Below are positions 19,820 to 29,610 of a DNA stretch of 64,000 nt, piece by piece (within the stretch, counting starts at the first letter, position 1; every line of letters starts with the position of its first letter). The notes under the pieces are model-generated. The model made no database searches and was not told the origin of the DNA. It saw only the letters and a list, made by a program, of their open reading frames with translations. The stretch lies in NCBI GenBank assembly GCA_965218795.1, contig OZ244653.1, positions 3,744,001-3,808,000 on the forward strand, in the 5' to 3' direction. The stretch is from a bacterium. Lineage in GTDB: Bacteria; UBA8248; JACPRG01; G963555815. The translations under genes and the position numbers were made by a program.

Positions 19820-20077
19820 CTAGGCCTTCTTTTTGAGTCCCTCTAATGAGTAAGTGACGGCCACGATGTTTTGACTCTTGAGGATATACACTGGGTGGCC
19901 TTCATTGTCCCACTGGTTATCCAGGCGAATAGCCTCAACCGCAACAATCTTGGTTTTAAGGATTGTTCCGTCCTCAAGCGTTAACTCGCTAAACCGCTCG
20001 GTAGATTCAGCAACATCGACAACAGTACCTTCGACCAATTTGCCGAATTGGTCTTTCACCTGTTTTCTGCGCTCCAC
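19820..20077 (-). CDS. Small beta-rich hypothetical protein
   Basis: GTG start after AAGGGGG; ERFSELTLEDGTILK...DNEGHPVY; ORF open to 20125. Confidence 0.65.
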   Translation of the reverse strand: MERRKQVKDQFGKLVEGTVVDVAESTERFSELTLEDGTILKTKIVAVEAIRLDNQWDNEGHPVYILKSQNIVAVTYSLEGLKKKA

Positions 20078-20134
20078 TATATCCCCCTTTTGGGATTTAA
20101 GGATAGACGCTTTTACAGAGGTCATAAGACCTAG

Positions 20135-20362
20135 CTAGTCAGATTTTTTCCATCTCGCGGAAGCAGCTTTACGTGCGATGTCCGAACGCTCATCAGCCGT
20201 GAGTTTTTCGGCCCTGGCCTTTCCTCCCGCGGCACAGCCCTCGACCTTTTTAGGGTACTTGTGGCCAGTTTCCTCCAGCTCCCCCGTTGCGATCCGGGCT
20301 ACGGTTACAGCGTTTCCGACAACATCAGCTGGGCGCTTCTGACCCTGCGGTCCTTTCGCCAT
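20135..20362 (-). CDS. Small basic protein of the kind linked to IS1/IS1595 elements (often annotated RNA-binding or histone H1-like)
   Basis: MAKGPQGQKRPADVVGNAVTVARIATGE...GGKARAEKLTADERSDIARKAASARW; GGAGG RBS. Confidence 0.75.
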   Translation of the reverse strand: MAKGPQGQKRPADVVGNAVTVARIATGELEETGHKYPKKVEGCAAGGKARAEKLTADERSDIARKAASARWKKSD

Positions 20363-20873
20363 AGTCCATCTCCCTCCCTCCGGGAGCCTCAAAGAAATAT
20401 TTACAATTCATAATATATAACTAAACAGTCATTGGTCTATACCCCTTTTTCTTCAAAGGGAGATACGACCCAAAGTGTGTACGACTAGGTATATTCCCGA
20501 ACAAATGATATTTTGCAAAGGGGGAGCGAGAACCCCCGGATGACGGAGAGGGAGGACGGCAGGGAAGAAGGTTGTGAAGCAGCGACTCAGCGCCCTGCAG
20601 CCGGCCGAGGCCCTGGGCAACGTATCGCGCGGGGCCTGCCCTCCGACGAATACACTCGGGGACAAGCCCCCTGCCGGCTACATGCGGGTAGGCCAGCGGG
20701 AATGACGGGTTGGGAATCCTGGTGGCGGGTGTGAGGCGTCGCCCCTGCAACCTGCGATTCCCGCCTGCGCGGGAATGACAAGCCGGGGGGTCTGCATGGT
20801 CCTGTTCTGTCATTCCTGCCCTCGAATGTCTTAGTCGAGGGCAGGCTGCAGCAGGAATCCAGTCGATCGTACG

Positions 20874-21812
20874 GTGGATGCGGGTCGGCCGGAAGATATC
20901 GCCACGGCCGAGCGTTTCATCAATGAGGGCCAGCCTGAAGTGCATCAGGTCGACCGCGCCATATTGGGGATTACCCGAGAACCGGGGATTACCCGGGTAC
21001 CTGAGTTTTCCCCAGGGAAAGAAGAAGCCGATTCCGCCATCCTGCGGTTGACCTTCGACTGGCTGGCCGCCCGGGAGGTGAAAACCCGGAGGGCCGCCGC
21101 GGAGGATCCCGGAACCTGGGGAGAGCCGCCCGGCGTTGTCCTCAGCATGGCGCAAGGCGAGAAGGCCCTGAGCCGTCTGGCGCAGTGGGAGGCGGAAGGG
21201 GTGGCCGTGTTGAATACGACGGATTCCGTCAGAGCCTGCTCCAGGCGGGAGTCTCTGTTCGCCGTTCTTCAGGACACCCCTTTCGAGGGTTTCGCCCTTC
21301 CTCGAACGGTGTCGATGGGGACCGGCGGACATGCGGCCTCCGGGGATGCCCCGAACGCGGTGGAGGCGTGGAATTTTCCGGTCTGGATGAAGCGCGGCGA
21401 TCTGCACGCCCTCGGCCCCCGGGACGTGTTGAAGGTCAACGCCCCCGAGGGACTGGGGTCCGCCCTGTCCTCCTTCGCCGACCGCGGTATCGACAGAGCG
21501 GTTTGCCAGGAGCACGTAGGGGGAGAAGAGATCAGGTTTTACGGGGTGGGGCGAGAGCGTTTCTGGTTCTGGCGGAGCGTGGCCGATCGCCGCCACCTTC
21601 CGTTTTCTGATGCTCTTTCCGCCATGGGACGGGATGCGTCGAGCCGGTTGGGGCTCGATATGTACGGCGGAGACGCCGTGATCACCCCCGACGGCGATAT
21701 CTTTCTCATTGATCTGAATGACTGGCCGAGCTTTACGGGTTGCCAGGCCGACGCCTCCGACGCCATCGCGGACCTGGCTTGCATGAAGCTGGAAGGTGCG
21801 CCGGGTTCCTGA
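20874..21812 (+). CDS. ATP-grasp-like protein, in frame with a probable NTP-transferase C-terminal remnant
   Basis: EFSPGKEEADSAIL, FPVWMKRGD, QEHVGG, FYGV, YGGD, IDLNDWPSF; first ~20 codons (DAGRPEDIATAERFI) look like a nucleotidyltransferase C-terminus; true start uncertain. Confidence 0.7.
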   Translation: MDAGRPEDIATAERFINEGQPEVHQVDRAILGITREPGITRVPEFSPGKEEADSAILRLTFDWLAAREVKTRRAAAEDPGTWGEPPGVVLSMAQGEKALSRLAQWEAEGVAVLNTTDSVRACSRRESLFAVLQDTPFEGFALPRTVSMGTGGHAASGDAPNAVEAWNFPVWMKRGDLHALGPRDVLKVNAPEGLGSALSSFADRGIDRAVCQEHVGGEEIRFYGVGRERFWFWRSVADRRHLPFSDALSAMGRDASSRLGLDMYGGDAVITPDGDIFLIDLNDWPSFTGCQADASDAIADLACMKLEGAPGS

Positions 21813-21901
21813 CAATCAGGCGGGGGGATTCTTTGCCCCAGGCCATGAAAATCCCCAACATATCGTGACAGAGAGGCGCCCGGTCCCCGGTTTCCGGCGA
21901 T

Positions 21902-22170
21902 CTATGGGACACCCTCCCGATATATGCTGATGCCCTTTTTTCGTCCTGGTTTCCGCCTTTGCAGGATACGGCCCCATGCCTCCTCAAGCCTTTTAGTCTC
22001 CCTCACCCCAACCCTCTCCCAGGGGGAGAGGGGGCCGCCTGTCCTCTCATGGCGCCGTATCCTCTCGCTCTTTTCCTCGGATACCTCACCCGGAAGAAAG
22101 TCCCTCCGGTTCCCGACCCTTGCCAGCAGGGGCTTGACCTTCACCCGATCGTTGCCCCTGCCTGAGATAT
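21902..22170 (-). pseudogene. RAYT/Y1-type transposase C-terminal remnant with an inserted hairpin repeat
   Basis: IRRHERTGGPL...GRILQRRKPGRK resembles the Y1 transposase C-terminus; CCCTCTCCCAGGGGGAGAGGG hairpin sits inside it. Confidence 0.55.
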
Positions 22171-22270
22171 GCCCCGCTGCGTAACGTGATGGAGGAATCC
22201 TGGCGCCACGGCCCCGTGCGATCCTTGCCATGCACGGCCATGCACGGACGCTCTGAATTCCTGCTGCAGC

Positions 22271-22390
22271 CTGCCCCCGAAGGCTTTTGTCGGGGGCAGG
22301 AATGACCGAGAGCCTGCCCCTGCATGGTTTCGGCAGGGGGCGCACCCATCCGAAAGTCATTCATCAAGTAGGGTGTCCCCGGAATCCCAG
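22271..22390. repeat. ~120-bp dispersed element, copy 1 (others at 53882-54001 and 55072-55148)
   Basis: GCAGGAATGACCGAGAGCCTGCCCCTGCATGGTTTCGGCAGGGGGCGCACCCATCCGAAAGTCATTCATCAAGTAGGGTGTCCCCGGAAT shared across copies. Confidence 0.85.
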
Positions 22391-22510
22391 TATCCGATGG
22401 CCTTGACCGGCTCATTCGTCCGGTTATGCCTGACGGGATGAAAACACCGGGGATTTTCTCCCAACAAAGTGGTCCAGACTTCGGGGAGCAGACCACCCGG
22501 GAAATGCAAG

Positions 22511-22846
22511 TCAGGTTTGCGGTTGGGATAAGATTGCCGCGCACGTAGAGGCAAGCTCGCTGTCGGGTTTCTCGTCGCCAGGCACTGTCGCCCAACCCTG
22601 TTTTGCTACGTACTCACCTCTCTCCCAGGAGTCTTCTTTTTTCATGGCCGCGAGCTTCTGCTCTTTCTCCGAATCCTGGTTGAACTGCCCAACACAAATC
22701 GGGACCAGGCGATCCGCAACGGCCTCCGTGACCATTTCTTGTGAACTGCCGCCCGTAACCCATCCACCCCACGCGAAGCCGATGATCATGACTACAATTG
22801 CACCACCAACGGCACCCAACAGACCTGTTTTGATTTTCTCCACCAT
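22511..22846 (-). CDS. Small membrane-anchored hypothetical protein with two Cys
   Basis: GAVGGAIVVMIIGFAWGGWVTGG...PICVGQF...GWATVPG...CA; AAGGAG RBS. Confidence 0.75.
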   Translation of the reverse strand: MVEKIKTGLLGAVGGAIVVMIIGFAWGGWVTGGSSQEMVTEAVADRLVPICVGQFNQDSEKEQKLAAMKKEDSWERGEYVAKQGWATVPGDEKPDSELASTCAAILSQPQT

Positions 22847-22942
22847 CTGTACGTCTCCTTTTGAGCGAACCTTCCCTCCAACCACTTCACATTTTTCAAA
22901 TATATATAAATAAAATCTATCATGATTCGGTCCTCATAAGCA

Positions 22943-22978
22943 AACCCTCAGCGCCGCTCATGAGCGGCGCTGAGGGTT
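22943..22978. repeat. Perfect 36-bp palindrome
   Basis: AACCCTCAGCGCCGCTCA|TGAGCGGCGCTGAGGGTT. Confidence 0.9.
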
Positions 22979-23519
22979 GGGGTCAAGTCTTGACATTAGA
23001 TATGAAGGCCAAGGCAGTGGAGCAATAAGCGCACGGGCGAGGTGCTCCAGGTGCCCCGCGGCATCGACCCGGGATTCGGCCACAACGTGGGGATGGTCGA
23101 TCCCGTCCAGCAGGCCCGGGACACCTTGAACCAAAAGATCACGACGGCGCCGGAGAGTGCGGCCCCCTGCCAGAGGCACGCAGGGGTGACCGGATTGAGC
23201 CTGTCCCCGACGTGGGCGGGTTCGCTGAACACGATTCTGCCGGCGCGAAATGAAAGTTTTTGAGGGGGGTTTGGGGGGACAATTTTCAAAATGTCCCCCC
23301 AATTTATGCACTTGCATGCCTGCTCATCAAGCTATCGCATGGACGTGCGCCACAGAGGCCATGATTCTGAGAAAGATTCTCATCCGCGAAATGGCCGGCG
23401 CGCAAGCGCCCAAAATGTCCCCCCACGTAATTCCGTGCCAATTCCGGGGACACCATACTTGCGTCCCCAGAATCTTGTGGTGTCCCCCCCCATCCTCCGG
23501 CACGCCGCCGGCCGAACGG

Positions 23520-24770
23520 TTATCTGCGCGCGTAAAGGATGAGCAGGCTCAGAAAGAAGAGGTTTCCTCCGACGGTGCTCGCCCACAGGAACCACTCGAG
23601 TTTCCCGAAGGCGGCCAACGGAACCAGCAGGTAGATGAAGTCCCGGCGGGCCAGGAAGTCGTCGATGTCCCGGAGCCACTCCTGTTTCGGCTGCTCCCGG
23701 CGGGCGGTCTCCCCTTCCGTCGATTCGGCGACCGATACGAAAAAGTTCCCTTCCCCCGATTTGTGCCGAAGTATCTTCCAGGAGACGATTCCCGCGGAGA
23801 GCAACACGCCCACGCAGGCGAATACGCCCAGCCAGAGAAACCGCTCTGCAGGGGCCTCCCGGTACAGGCCGACGGCGATGGCGGCGAAAACCGCAACGTG
23901 CACGACGTTGTCGGCCCAAATATCCAGCCAGCCGCCCAGTTCGCTTTGCTGAAATTTCAAACGCGCGATCTCGCCGTCGCATCCGTCGACCATCGAGGAA
24001 AACAGGAACAGCAAGGACCCGAGAACCTGAAGCCGGACAACCGGCTGGGCGAACAAAAGGGCGCCAAGCAGGCCGGCGGCCGTATGAATGAGGGTCATCT
24101 GGTTGGGGGTGATCGAGGTTCGCGCGAGACGCCGGGTGATGAACAACGAGATGGGCCGGTTGATGTGCCGGGCCAGAAAGCTGTCCGTTTCCTTGACCAG
24201 GCCTTTCATGAGACGCCCTTCGGCTCTGCCGGCGTCCTCCTGTGTTCTGACCGTTTCTACGAATTCTCCCTTTGCAGGCCGGATTGTCGATGCCGGACGG
24301 GACCGAGCCAGCCATTCGCTCCATTCACGGGGGTCGGTCGATGCGGGCCGGTCGGGTTCAGCGAGCGGAGCCCGGCAGTACGCGAGCCCCAGGAAGCGCT
24401 GGTGCTCATCCCGGACGGACACGCAGCCGCCTTCCGGCGGAGCTTCCTGAAGGAGAGCGTCGAGCAGGCTCGGCGAAAACACACGATCGGCGAACGCGAG
24501 CAGAAAATCTCCTTCAGCGAACTCCTGCAATTCAGGGCTCTCTGTGATCGAGGCGATGCGGACGGATTCCAGGCGGGCATCCCGGCGTATCTCCGCTTCG
24601 ATGGATTCTTGCGGGCCCTCCGTCAGTACGGTCGTCTTAAAGATTCCGGCCCGGTTCAATGCCAGGAGGCATCGAACCAGAACGGTCAATCCGCCGACCC
24701 CCATCCGGGGCGGCGCGGAAGCGGGCAGAACCACGAGCGCGCGATGCGAAGTGTTCGAAACGGAGGGCAA
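23520..24770 (-). CDS. CDP-alcohol phosphatidyltransferase with an N-terminal NTP-transferase-like domain (IPCT/DIPPS-like)
   Basis: INRPIS, ITPNQMT, DGCDGEIAR...GGWLD..D CDP-alcohol phosphotransferase signature; multiple TMs. Confidence 0.85.
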   Translation of the reverse strand: MPSVSNTSHRALVVLPASAPPRMGVGGLTVLVRCLLALNRAGIFKTTVLTEGPQESIEAEIRRDARLESVRIASITESPELQEFAEGDFLLAFADRVFSPSLLDALLQEAPPEGGCVSVRDEHQRFLGLAYCRAPLAEPDRPASTDPREWSEWLARSRPASTIRPAKGEFVETVRTQEDAGRAEGRLMKGLVKETDSFLARHINRPISLFITRRLARTSITPNQMTLIHTAAGLLGALLFAQPVVRLQVLGSLLFLFSSMVDGCDGEIARLKFQQSELGGWLDIWADNVVHVAVFAAIAVGLYREAPAERFLWLGVFACVGVLLSAGIVSWKILRHKSGEGNFFVSVAESTEGETARREQPKQEWLRDIDDFLARRDFIYLLVPLAAFGKLEWFLWASTVGGNLFFLSLLILYARR

Positions 24771-24910
24771 TTCGGCTGCTTTCGTCCCGAGGAATCTTAC
24801 GGAATGGGTGCGGCTCCTAAAAGCTGTGATATTGTAGCAAAGGTTTTTTCTTTGATGGCCAATCCATCCAGGGGTTTGAAGAGGAAGCGGCGCGTCCGGA
24901 CGGGAAACCT

Positions 24911-25939
24911 GTGCTTGACAAGGTGAAAATCGGATGGTGGATCAGTCTGCTGTTCCTGGCCGCGGGTTTGGCCTTCTTCGGGGTACTGGTCTACACCCTC
25001 GATGCGGGGGCGATCTGGAGAGAGTTCAGCCGGGCAGGCGTCTATTTTCCCATCATTGTTTTCCCATACTTTCTTGCCTATGCCTTCGATACCGTCGGGT
25101 GGCGGTATTGCTTCCCGGCGAGACCCTCAGTCAGCTTGAACCGCCTTTTCTGGGTTCGATTGATCGGTGAAACGATGAACACCATTACCCCCGCGGCGTA
25201 TTTCGGCGGGGAGCCGGTCAAGGTGCTGCTGCTGGAACGCCATGGGGTCAAGCCGATGGATGGCGCGTCATCGGTCGTCGTGGCCAAGACGGTGATTACG
25301 ATCTCAGAGGCCATCTTTGTCCTGATCGGGATCATCATCGCGATCACCCAGGTCGGGACCGGTCCACCCTTGATCAAGGCCCTCATGTGGGCAATGGTGG
25401 CCTTCATCGTCGTCTGCGTCTTGCTCCTGGTATTCCAGCGGATGGGCATGTTCGGCGCAATCGTTCGGTTCCTCCGCCGCTTGGGGATGAGGGGGCAACT
25501 TTTCAACCGAGTGGAACACTGGATGCAGAGACTCGACGAGAGTCTTTACCGGTATTACCGGGAAAATCCGAGGGGTCTGATCCTTGGAATCCTGTTCCAT
25601 TTCATTGGATGGGTTATGGGTGTTGTGGAGACGTACATCATTCTTCGTCTCCTCGGTATCCCCGCGGATTGGGGGATGGCCTTCGCTATTGAGTCCATCG
25701 GGGCCATGATCAAAGGGGCGATGTTATTCATCCCGGGCGGCCTGGGGGCCTCGGAGGGCGGCAACGTCCTTATCTTCGCGGCGTACGGGCTCTCCGGGTC
25801 CACAGCGCTGTCCTACAGCATCCTTCGCCGATTCCGCGAGATATTTTTCATATCCATCGGACTTCTCCTTTTTTCCCGGTCCGAGCTGTCGGTGATGCAC
25901 CGATTCTCCCCGAAGGCGGCCGAGCTCCAGCCCGAGTGA
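24911..25939 (+). CDS. Lysylphosphatidylglycerol synthase TM (flippase-like) protein
   Basis: NTITPAAYFGGEPVK and FIPGGLGASEG motifs; many TMs. Confidence 0.85.
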   Translation: MLDKVKIGWWISLLFLAAGLAFFGVLVYTLDAGAIWREFSRAGVYFPIIVFPYFLAYAFDTVGWRYCFPARPSVSLNRLFWVRLIGETMNTITPAAYFGGEPVKVLLLERHGVKPMDGASSVVVAKTVITISEAIFVLIGIIIAITQVGTGPPLIKALMWAMVAFIVVCVLLLVFQRMGMFGAIVRFLRRLGMRGQLFNRVEHWMQRLDESLYRYYRENPRGLILGILFHFIGWVMGVVETYIILRLLGIPADWGMAFAIESIGAMIKGAMLFIPGGLGASEGGNVLIFAAYGLSGSTALSYSILRRFREIFFISIGLLLFSRSELSVMHRFSPKAAELQPE

Positions 25940-25944
25940 TACCT

Positions 25945-26410
25945 CCACCGATGCGGCCCCTCGGACGTCACTCCCCCCTTGAGGGGGAGTCGCAAGACAG
26001 GGATGAAGTCCGCAGACGCGCCGGTGGGGGGCGGTCGAAGATGCACGGCCAATGCGCCCCCTCACCCCAACCCTCTCCCTCCAGGGGAGAGGGATCGGCT
26101 CCCGGAAACGTCGATGCCCCGCCAATGCCCCGCCCGGTCTGTCACCCACCCCTGCAACACGCGCCCGTCATCCCTGCAGGCTTCAGGCAGGAATCCATGA
26201 TCCGGGGTCCACTTCTTTCTGGATTCCCGCCTGCGCGGGAATGACAAGCTGAGGGTCTGCCCTCGAACGCCACGCCGCCCATCACTTCCTTTTTGAGAAG
26301 GGATCAGGCAAAGCCCGGTCCACCGATGCGGCCCCTCGGACATCACTCCCCCCTTGAGGTGGAGTCGGCAAGACAAGGGCGTCAGCCCGCAGACGCGCCG
26401 GTGGGGGGAG
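25945..26410. repeat. Mosaic palindromic repeat cluster between convergent genes
   Basis: Two CACTCCCCCCTTGAGG(G/T)GGAGT hairpins, CCCCTCACCCCAACCCTCTCCC, and GATTCCCGCCTGCGCGGGAATGAC. Confidence 0.85.
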
Positions 26411-26624
26411 TGAGCTGGGAGGACGATCTGGTTCGGAGTCGTCAAAAGCTGCGTCGCCCGCGCGGCCTGGACCGCTCCCCACGGCCGGATGAGACGCTTG
26501 CCCAGGATTTTGATGGTCCATCGCCGCCCCCTTCCTTTGTCGCCACGCGAGAAAAAGCGTCCTTCATGAGGAAACCCGAGGCGCCAAAGGCACGGGCGGC
26601 CACGATCTGGATCTGGAAGGGAGA

Positions 26625-27761
26625 TCAGCGGCTCAGCAGGGCGTGAAGGATCCGTTGCTGGGCCCTGGAGAGCGGGAGCTGGTCGAGCTCATCCGGCTTG
26701 ACCCATCGGACCTGCGCGTAGGCCCCGGGGGCTTTTTTCGCCTGCTTTCCCGACTGGACCCTCTTGGCTGCGAAGATTCGATAGGTGATACGGCGGTGCG
26801 TCAACGTTGCCGATATTTCTTTCAGCATTTCTCCAAGTGTGACCCGTAGCCCCGCACGCTCGAAAAGTCGTTTCGACAGACCTTTTTCAGGCGACGAATT
26901 TTCCGTGAACTCCGCGCCGGGAAGTTCCCAGAGCCCCCCGAACAGGCCGTTGTCGGGATTCCGGGCCATGAGCGCGCTCCCGCGACGCCGCGCCCAGATG
27001 CATCCGACCGTGACGGCGGTCGGAATCGGCTTCCGGGTGGAGCCCGTGATCGATTCCTCTTGTCCGGCAAGGCGGGCGGCGCAGTCCGATCGGAGAGGAC
27101 AGAGCAGGCACTTGGGATGCCGGGGGAGGCAGATTCGGGCTCCCAGATCCATCAAGGCCTGGTTGACGTCGCCCGGGCGGGTCGGGCGGCCCCGCGACAC
27201 CAGCGCTTGGGCGAGGGAATCCACCTTTCGGCGGGTTCCCGGTTCGACCGGGTCGCTTTCGATCCCGAACAGGCGGGAGAGGACCCGGCGGACGTTGCCG
27301 TCCACGGCGGGCAGAGGGAGGTCATAGGCGATGCTGCCGATGGCCCCCACGCTGTAGACTCCGATGCCGGGCAGCCGGCCGAGGGCCTTGGGGTCATCGG
27401 GCAGGGCTCCGCCGTGTTCGCGGACAATGATTTTCGCCGCCCGGTGAAGGTTCCGGGCGCGTCCGTAATAGCCCAGCCCCTCCCACATCTTGAGGACGGT
27501 CTGAAGCCGTGCCCGGGCGAGGGCGCCTGCGTCGGGGAAGCGCCTCAGGAAGCGCTCGTAGTACGGAAGGACGGTTTCGACGCGCGTCTGGTGGAGCATG
27601 ACTTCGGAGACCCATATCCGGTAGGGTTCCCGTGTCCGCCGCCAGGGCAGGTCGCGCTTCTCGCGGTCGTACCAGCCGAGGATTTTTCTCCAAATGCCGA
27701 TGATTTTCCTCTGGTCCTGTATGTGGCTTGACTGAGGGATGCTTTCTTTCGTTCGGGTCAT
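26625..27761 (-). CDS. mutY: A/G-specific adenine glycosylase
   Basis: RDLPWR, WVSEVMLHQT, WEGLGYY.RARNL, LPGIG, VDGNVRRV, Fe-S motif C-x6-C-x2-C-x5-C, C-terminal NUDIX-like domain. Confidence 0.96.
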   Translation of the reverse strand: MTRTKESIPQSSHIQDQRKIIGIWRKILGWYDREKRDLPWRRTREPYRIWVSEVMLHQTRVETVLPYYERFLRRFPDAGALARARLQTVLKMWEGLGYYGRARNLHRAAKIIVREHGGALPDDPKALGRLPGIGVYSVGAIGSIAYDLPLPAVDGNVRRVLSRLFGIESDPVEPGTRRKVDSLAQALVSRGRPTRPGDVNQALMDLGARICLPRHPKCLLCPLRSDCAARLAGQEESITGSTRKPIPTAVTVGCIWARRRGSALMARNPDNGLFGGLWELPGAEFTENSSPEKGLSKRLFERAGLRVTLGEMLKEISATLTHRRITYRIFAAKRVQSGKQAKKAPGAYAQVRWVKPDELDQLPLSRAQQRILHALLSR

Positions 27762-27869
27762 GGGCTTCTTAGATGGGAGGCGCCCAGAGCGGCGCGTCCG
27801 CTTGTCGATAGTCTCTGAAAAGAAGACGGCATTGAGGTCGAATCGCCATTTCGGATTGCATCCGTTCGT

Positions 27870-28000
27870 TCATCATAAATGAAAGCAGCCCTCTCCATTC
27901 ACTTTTGGTGGTACAGTTTCGGACGGGTTCATAGAACCCTCCAGGTTACTCCGGCAATGGAGGCGGGAATCACAGAGTCGCATCTGGGCAATGGAGCAAC
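27870..28000 (+). mobile_element. IS1-family transposase C-terminal remnant
   Basis: AALSIHFWWYSFGRVHRTLQVTPAMEAGIT, homologous to LSLYFVHYNFRRIHKTLRMSPAMAAGVT at ~18000-18090. Confidence 0.7.
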
Positions 28001-28016
28001 TTCTGGAGTCGTGTCA

Positions 28017-28944
28017 ATGAGCCAGGCAAAAGAGGCAGTGGGCTACAAAATGGCCGTGGAGAAATATAACCTCTACCACGCTGATTGCTTCACTTGGATG
28101 CAGCAACAACCTGAGAATTCCATTCACGCAATTGTGACTGCCCCCCCCTACGGCTTGAAAGGGTATACCCCTGAAGAGAAAGAAAAATTACGTAAGCGAC
28201 GCGGCGGTGTTTGGCGGATTCCGCCTTCTTTTGATGGATGTCAAAGAGGTCCACTGCCCAGATTCACCGTATTAACACAGGAGGAGCGAAAATGCCTCTT
28301 CAGCTTTTTTGTGACTTTTGCCGAAAGGGCTTTCAAGGTTTTGGTCCCTGGCGGGCATGTCTTCATCGCAACAAATCCTATTCTTTCACAGTTGGTTTAT
28401 GTTCCGCTCATTGACGCTGGATTTGAAAAAAGAGGAGAGGTGATACGCCTCGTTCAAACACTTCGTGGAGGGGATCGGCCAAAAAACGCCCACTAAAGAA
28501 TTCTCGGATGTGACAGTGATGCCCCGGTCCGGTTGGGAACCATGGGGGCTTTTTCGGAAGTCGTGTGAAGGCCGTGTTCAAGACAACCTGAGAAAGTGGA
28601 GTCCTGGGGGCCTTCGGCGAGTCTCGGATGACATCCCATTTTCGGATGTCATCCCTTCTGCACCGACGAGGCCGGAAGAGCGGGCCATTGCACCTCATCC
28701 ATCGCTGAAACCCCAGGCGTTTATGCGGCAAATTGTTCGAGCGTCACTCCCACTGGGTAGAGGAATTGTTCTCGATCCTTTTATGGGGAGCGGATCTACC
28801 ATTGCCGCAGCAGTCGCCGTCAACTATGAGAGTATCGGGCTGGAGATTGATTCGGCGTATTATCGAATGGCTGTTAAGGCTATTCCCAAGCTTGCGGAAT
28901 TCAAGAATGGAAATCGGGCAAAACCAGGGGCAAATGGCATTTGA
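28017..28944 (+). pseudogene. N4/N6 DNA methyltransferase (beta class), frameshifted
   Basis: IVTAPPY (DPPY position altered), HPSLKP, VLDPFMGSGST; frameshift near 28494. Confidence 0.8.
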
Positions 28945-29610
28945 CGCTGAAGGGTTCTGACAGAACGGTTGCACTCCCACCAGGGCTCAGAATTGCCCAT
29001 ATCCGCAATGCGATAGCCTACATTGAGGAGAAGGCTGACGACCTCATTGACCTATTATTATGAGCAAAGCAATGTTTTTAGTGGCGTAGTCGGTATTTTC
29101 GGCATCAAGGCCCTTGACTCCTTCAGCCCATACAAAAAACACAAACATCCCGACATTGCCCAACAAAGATTCCCGGACTTGTCTCTTGACGGAAAACTTA
29201 ACCCACCCTCCGAGCAAGCCCTGGAGTCAAAGGGAAGCACACGGCCATGGGCTATTCAGTCCCATTACAACCACGCTGGCTGGTACATTGTTTGGCGTTA
29301 TGCCGTCGATCCAACCAAACGGATGAAACCGGGCCGAACAGTCGCAATCTGGCGTGTTGATATCCCTTTTCTTCAGGAAAGCGATTGGGAATATGAAACC
29401 AGCAAGGCTGGTGAAGGCAAAGGGGGTCGAACCCACACATTCGGAGTCAAAACTCCTGCAAAGCGGCTTCAAGAGAGTATCATATATGCCACTCCTGAAA
29501 TTGTTCTCCAGCGGGGTGGTCCAACACTCGCAAATGGAGCGAATTCAAATCAGGACACGACCGGGGAATTAATTTTCGATAGACTTTTGTATTCTCTACG
29601 TCTATATTGA
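28934..29610 (+). pseudogene. Putative PD-(D/E)xK restriction endonuclease, frameshifted
   Basis: Overlaps the MTase stop; FPDL...LESKG motif; 5' part broken by frameshifts. Confidence 0.6.
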
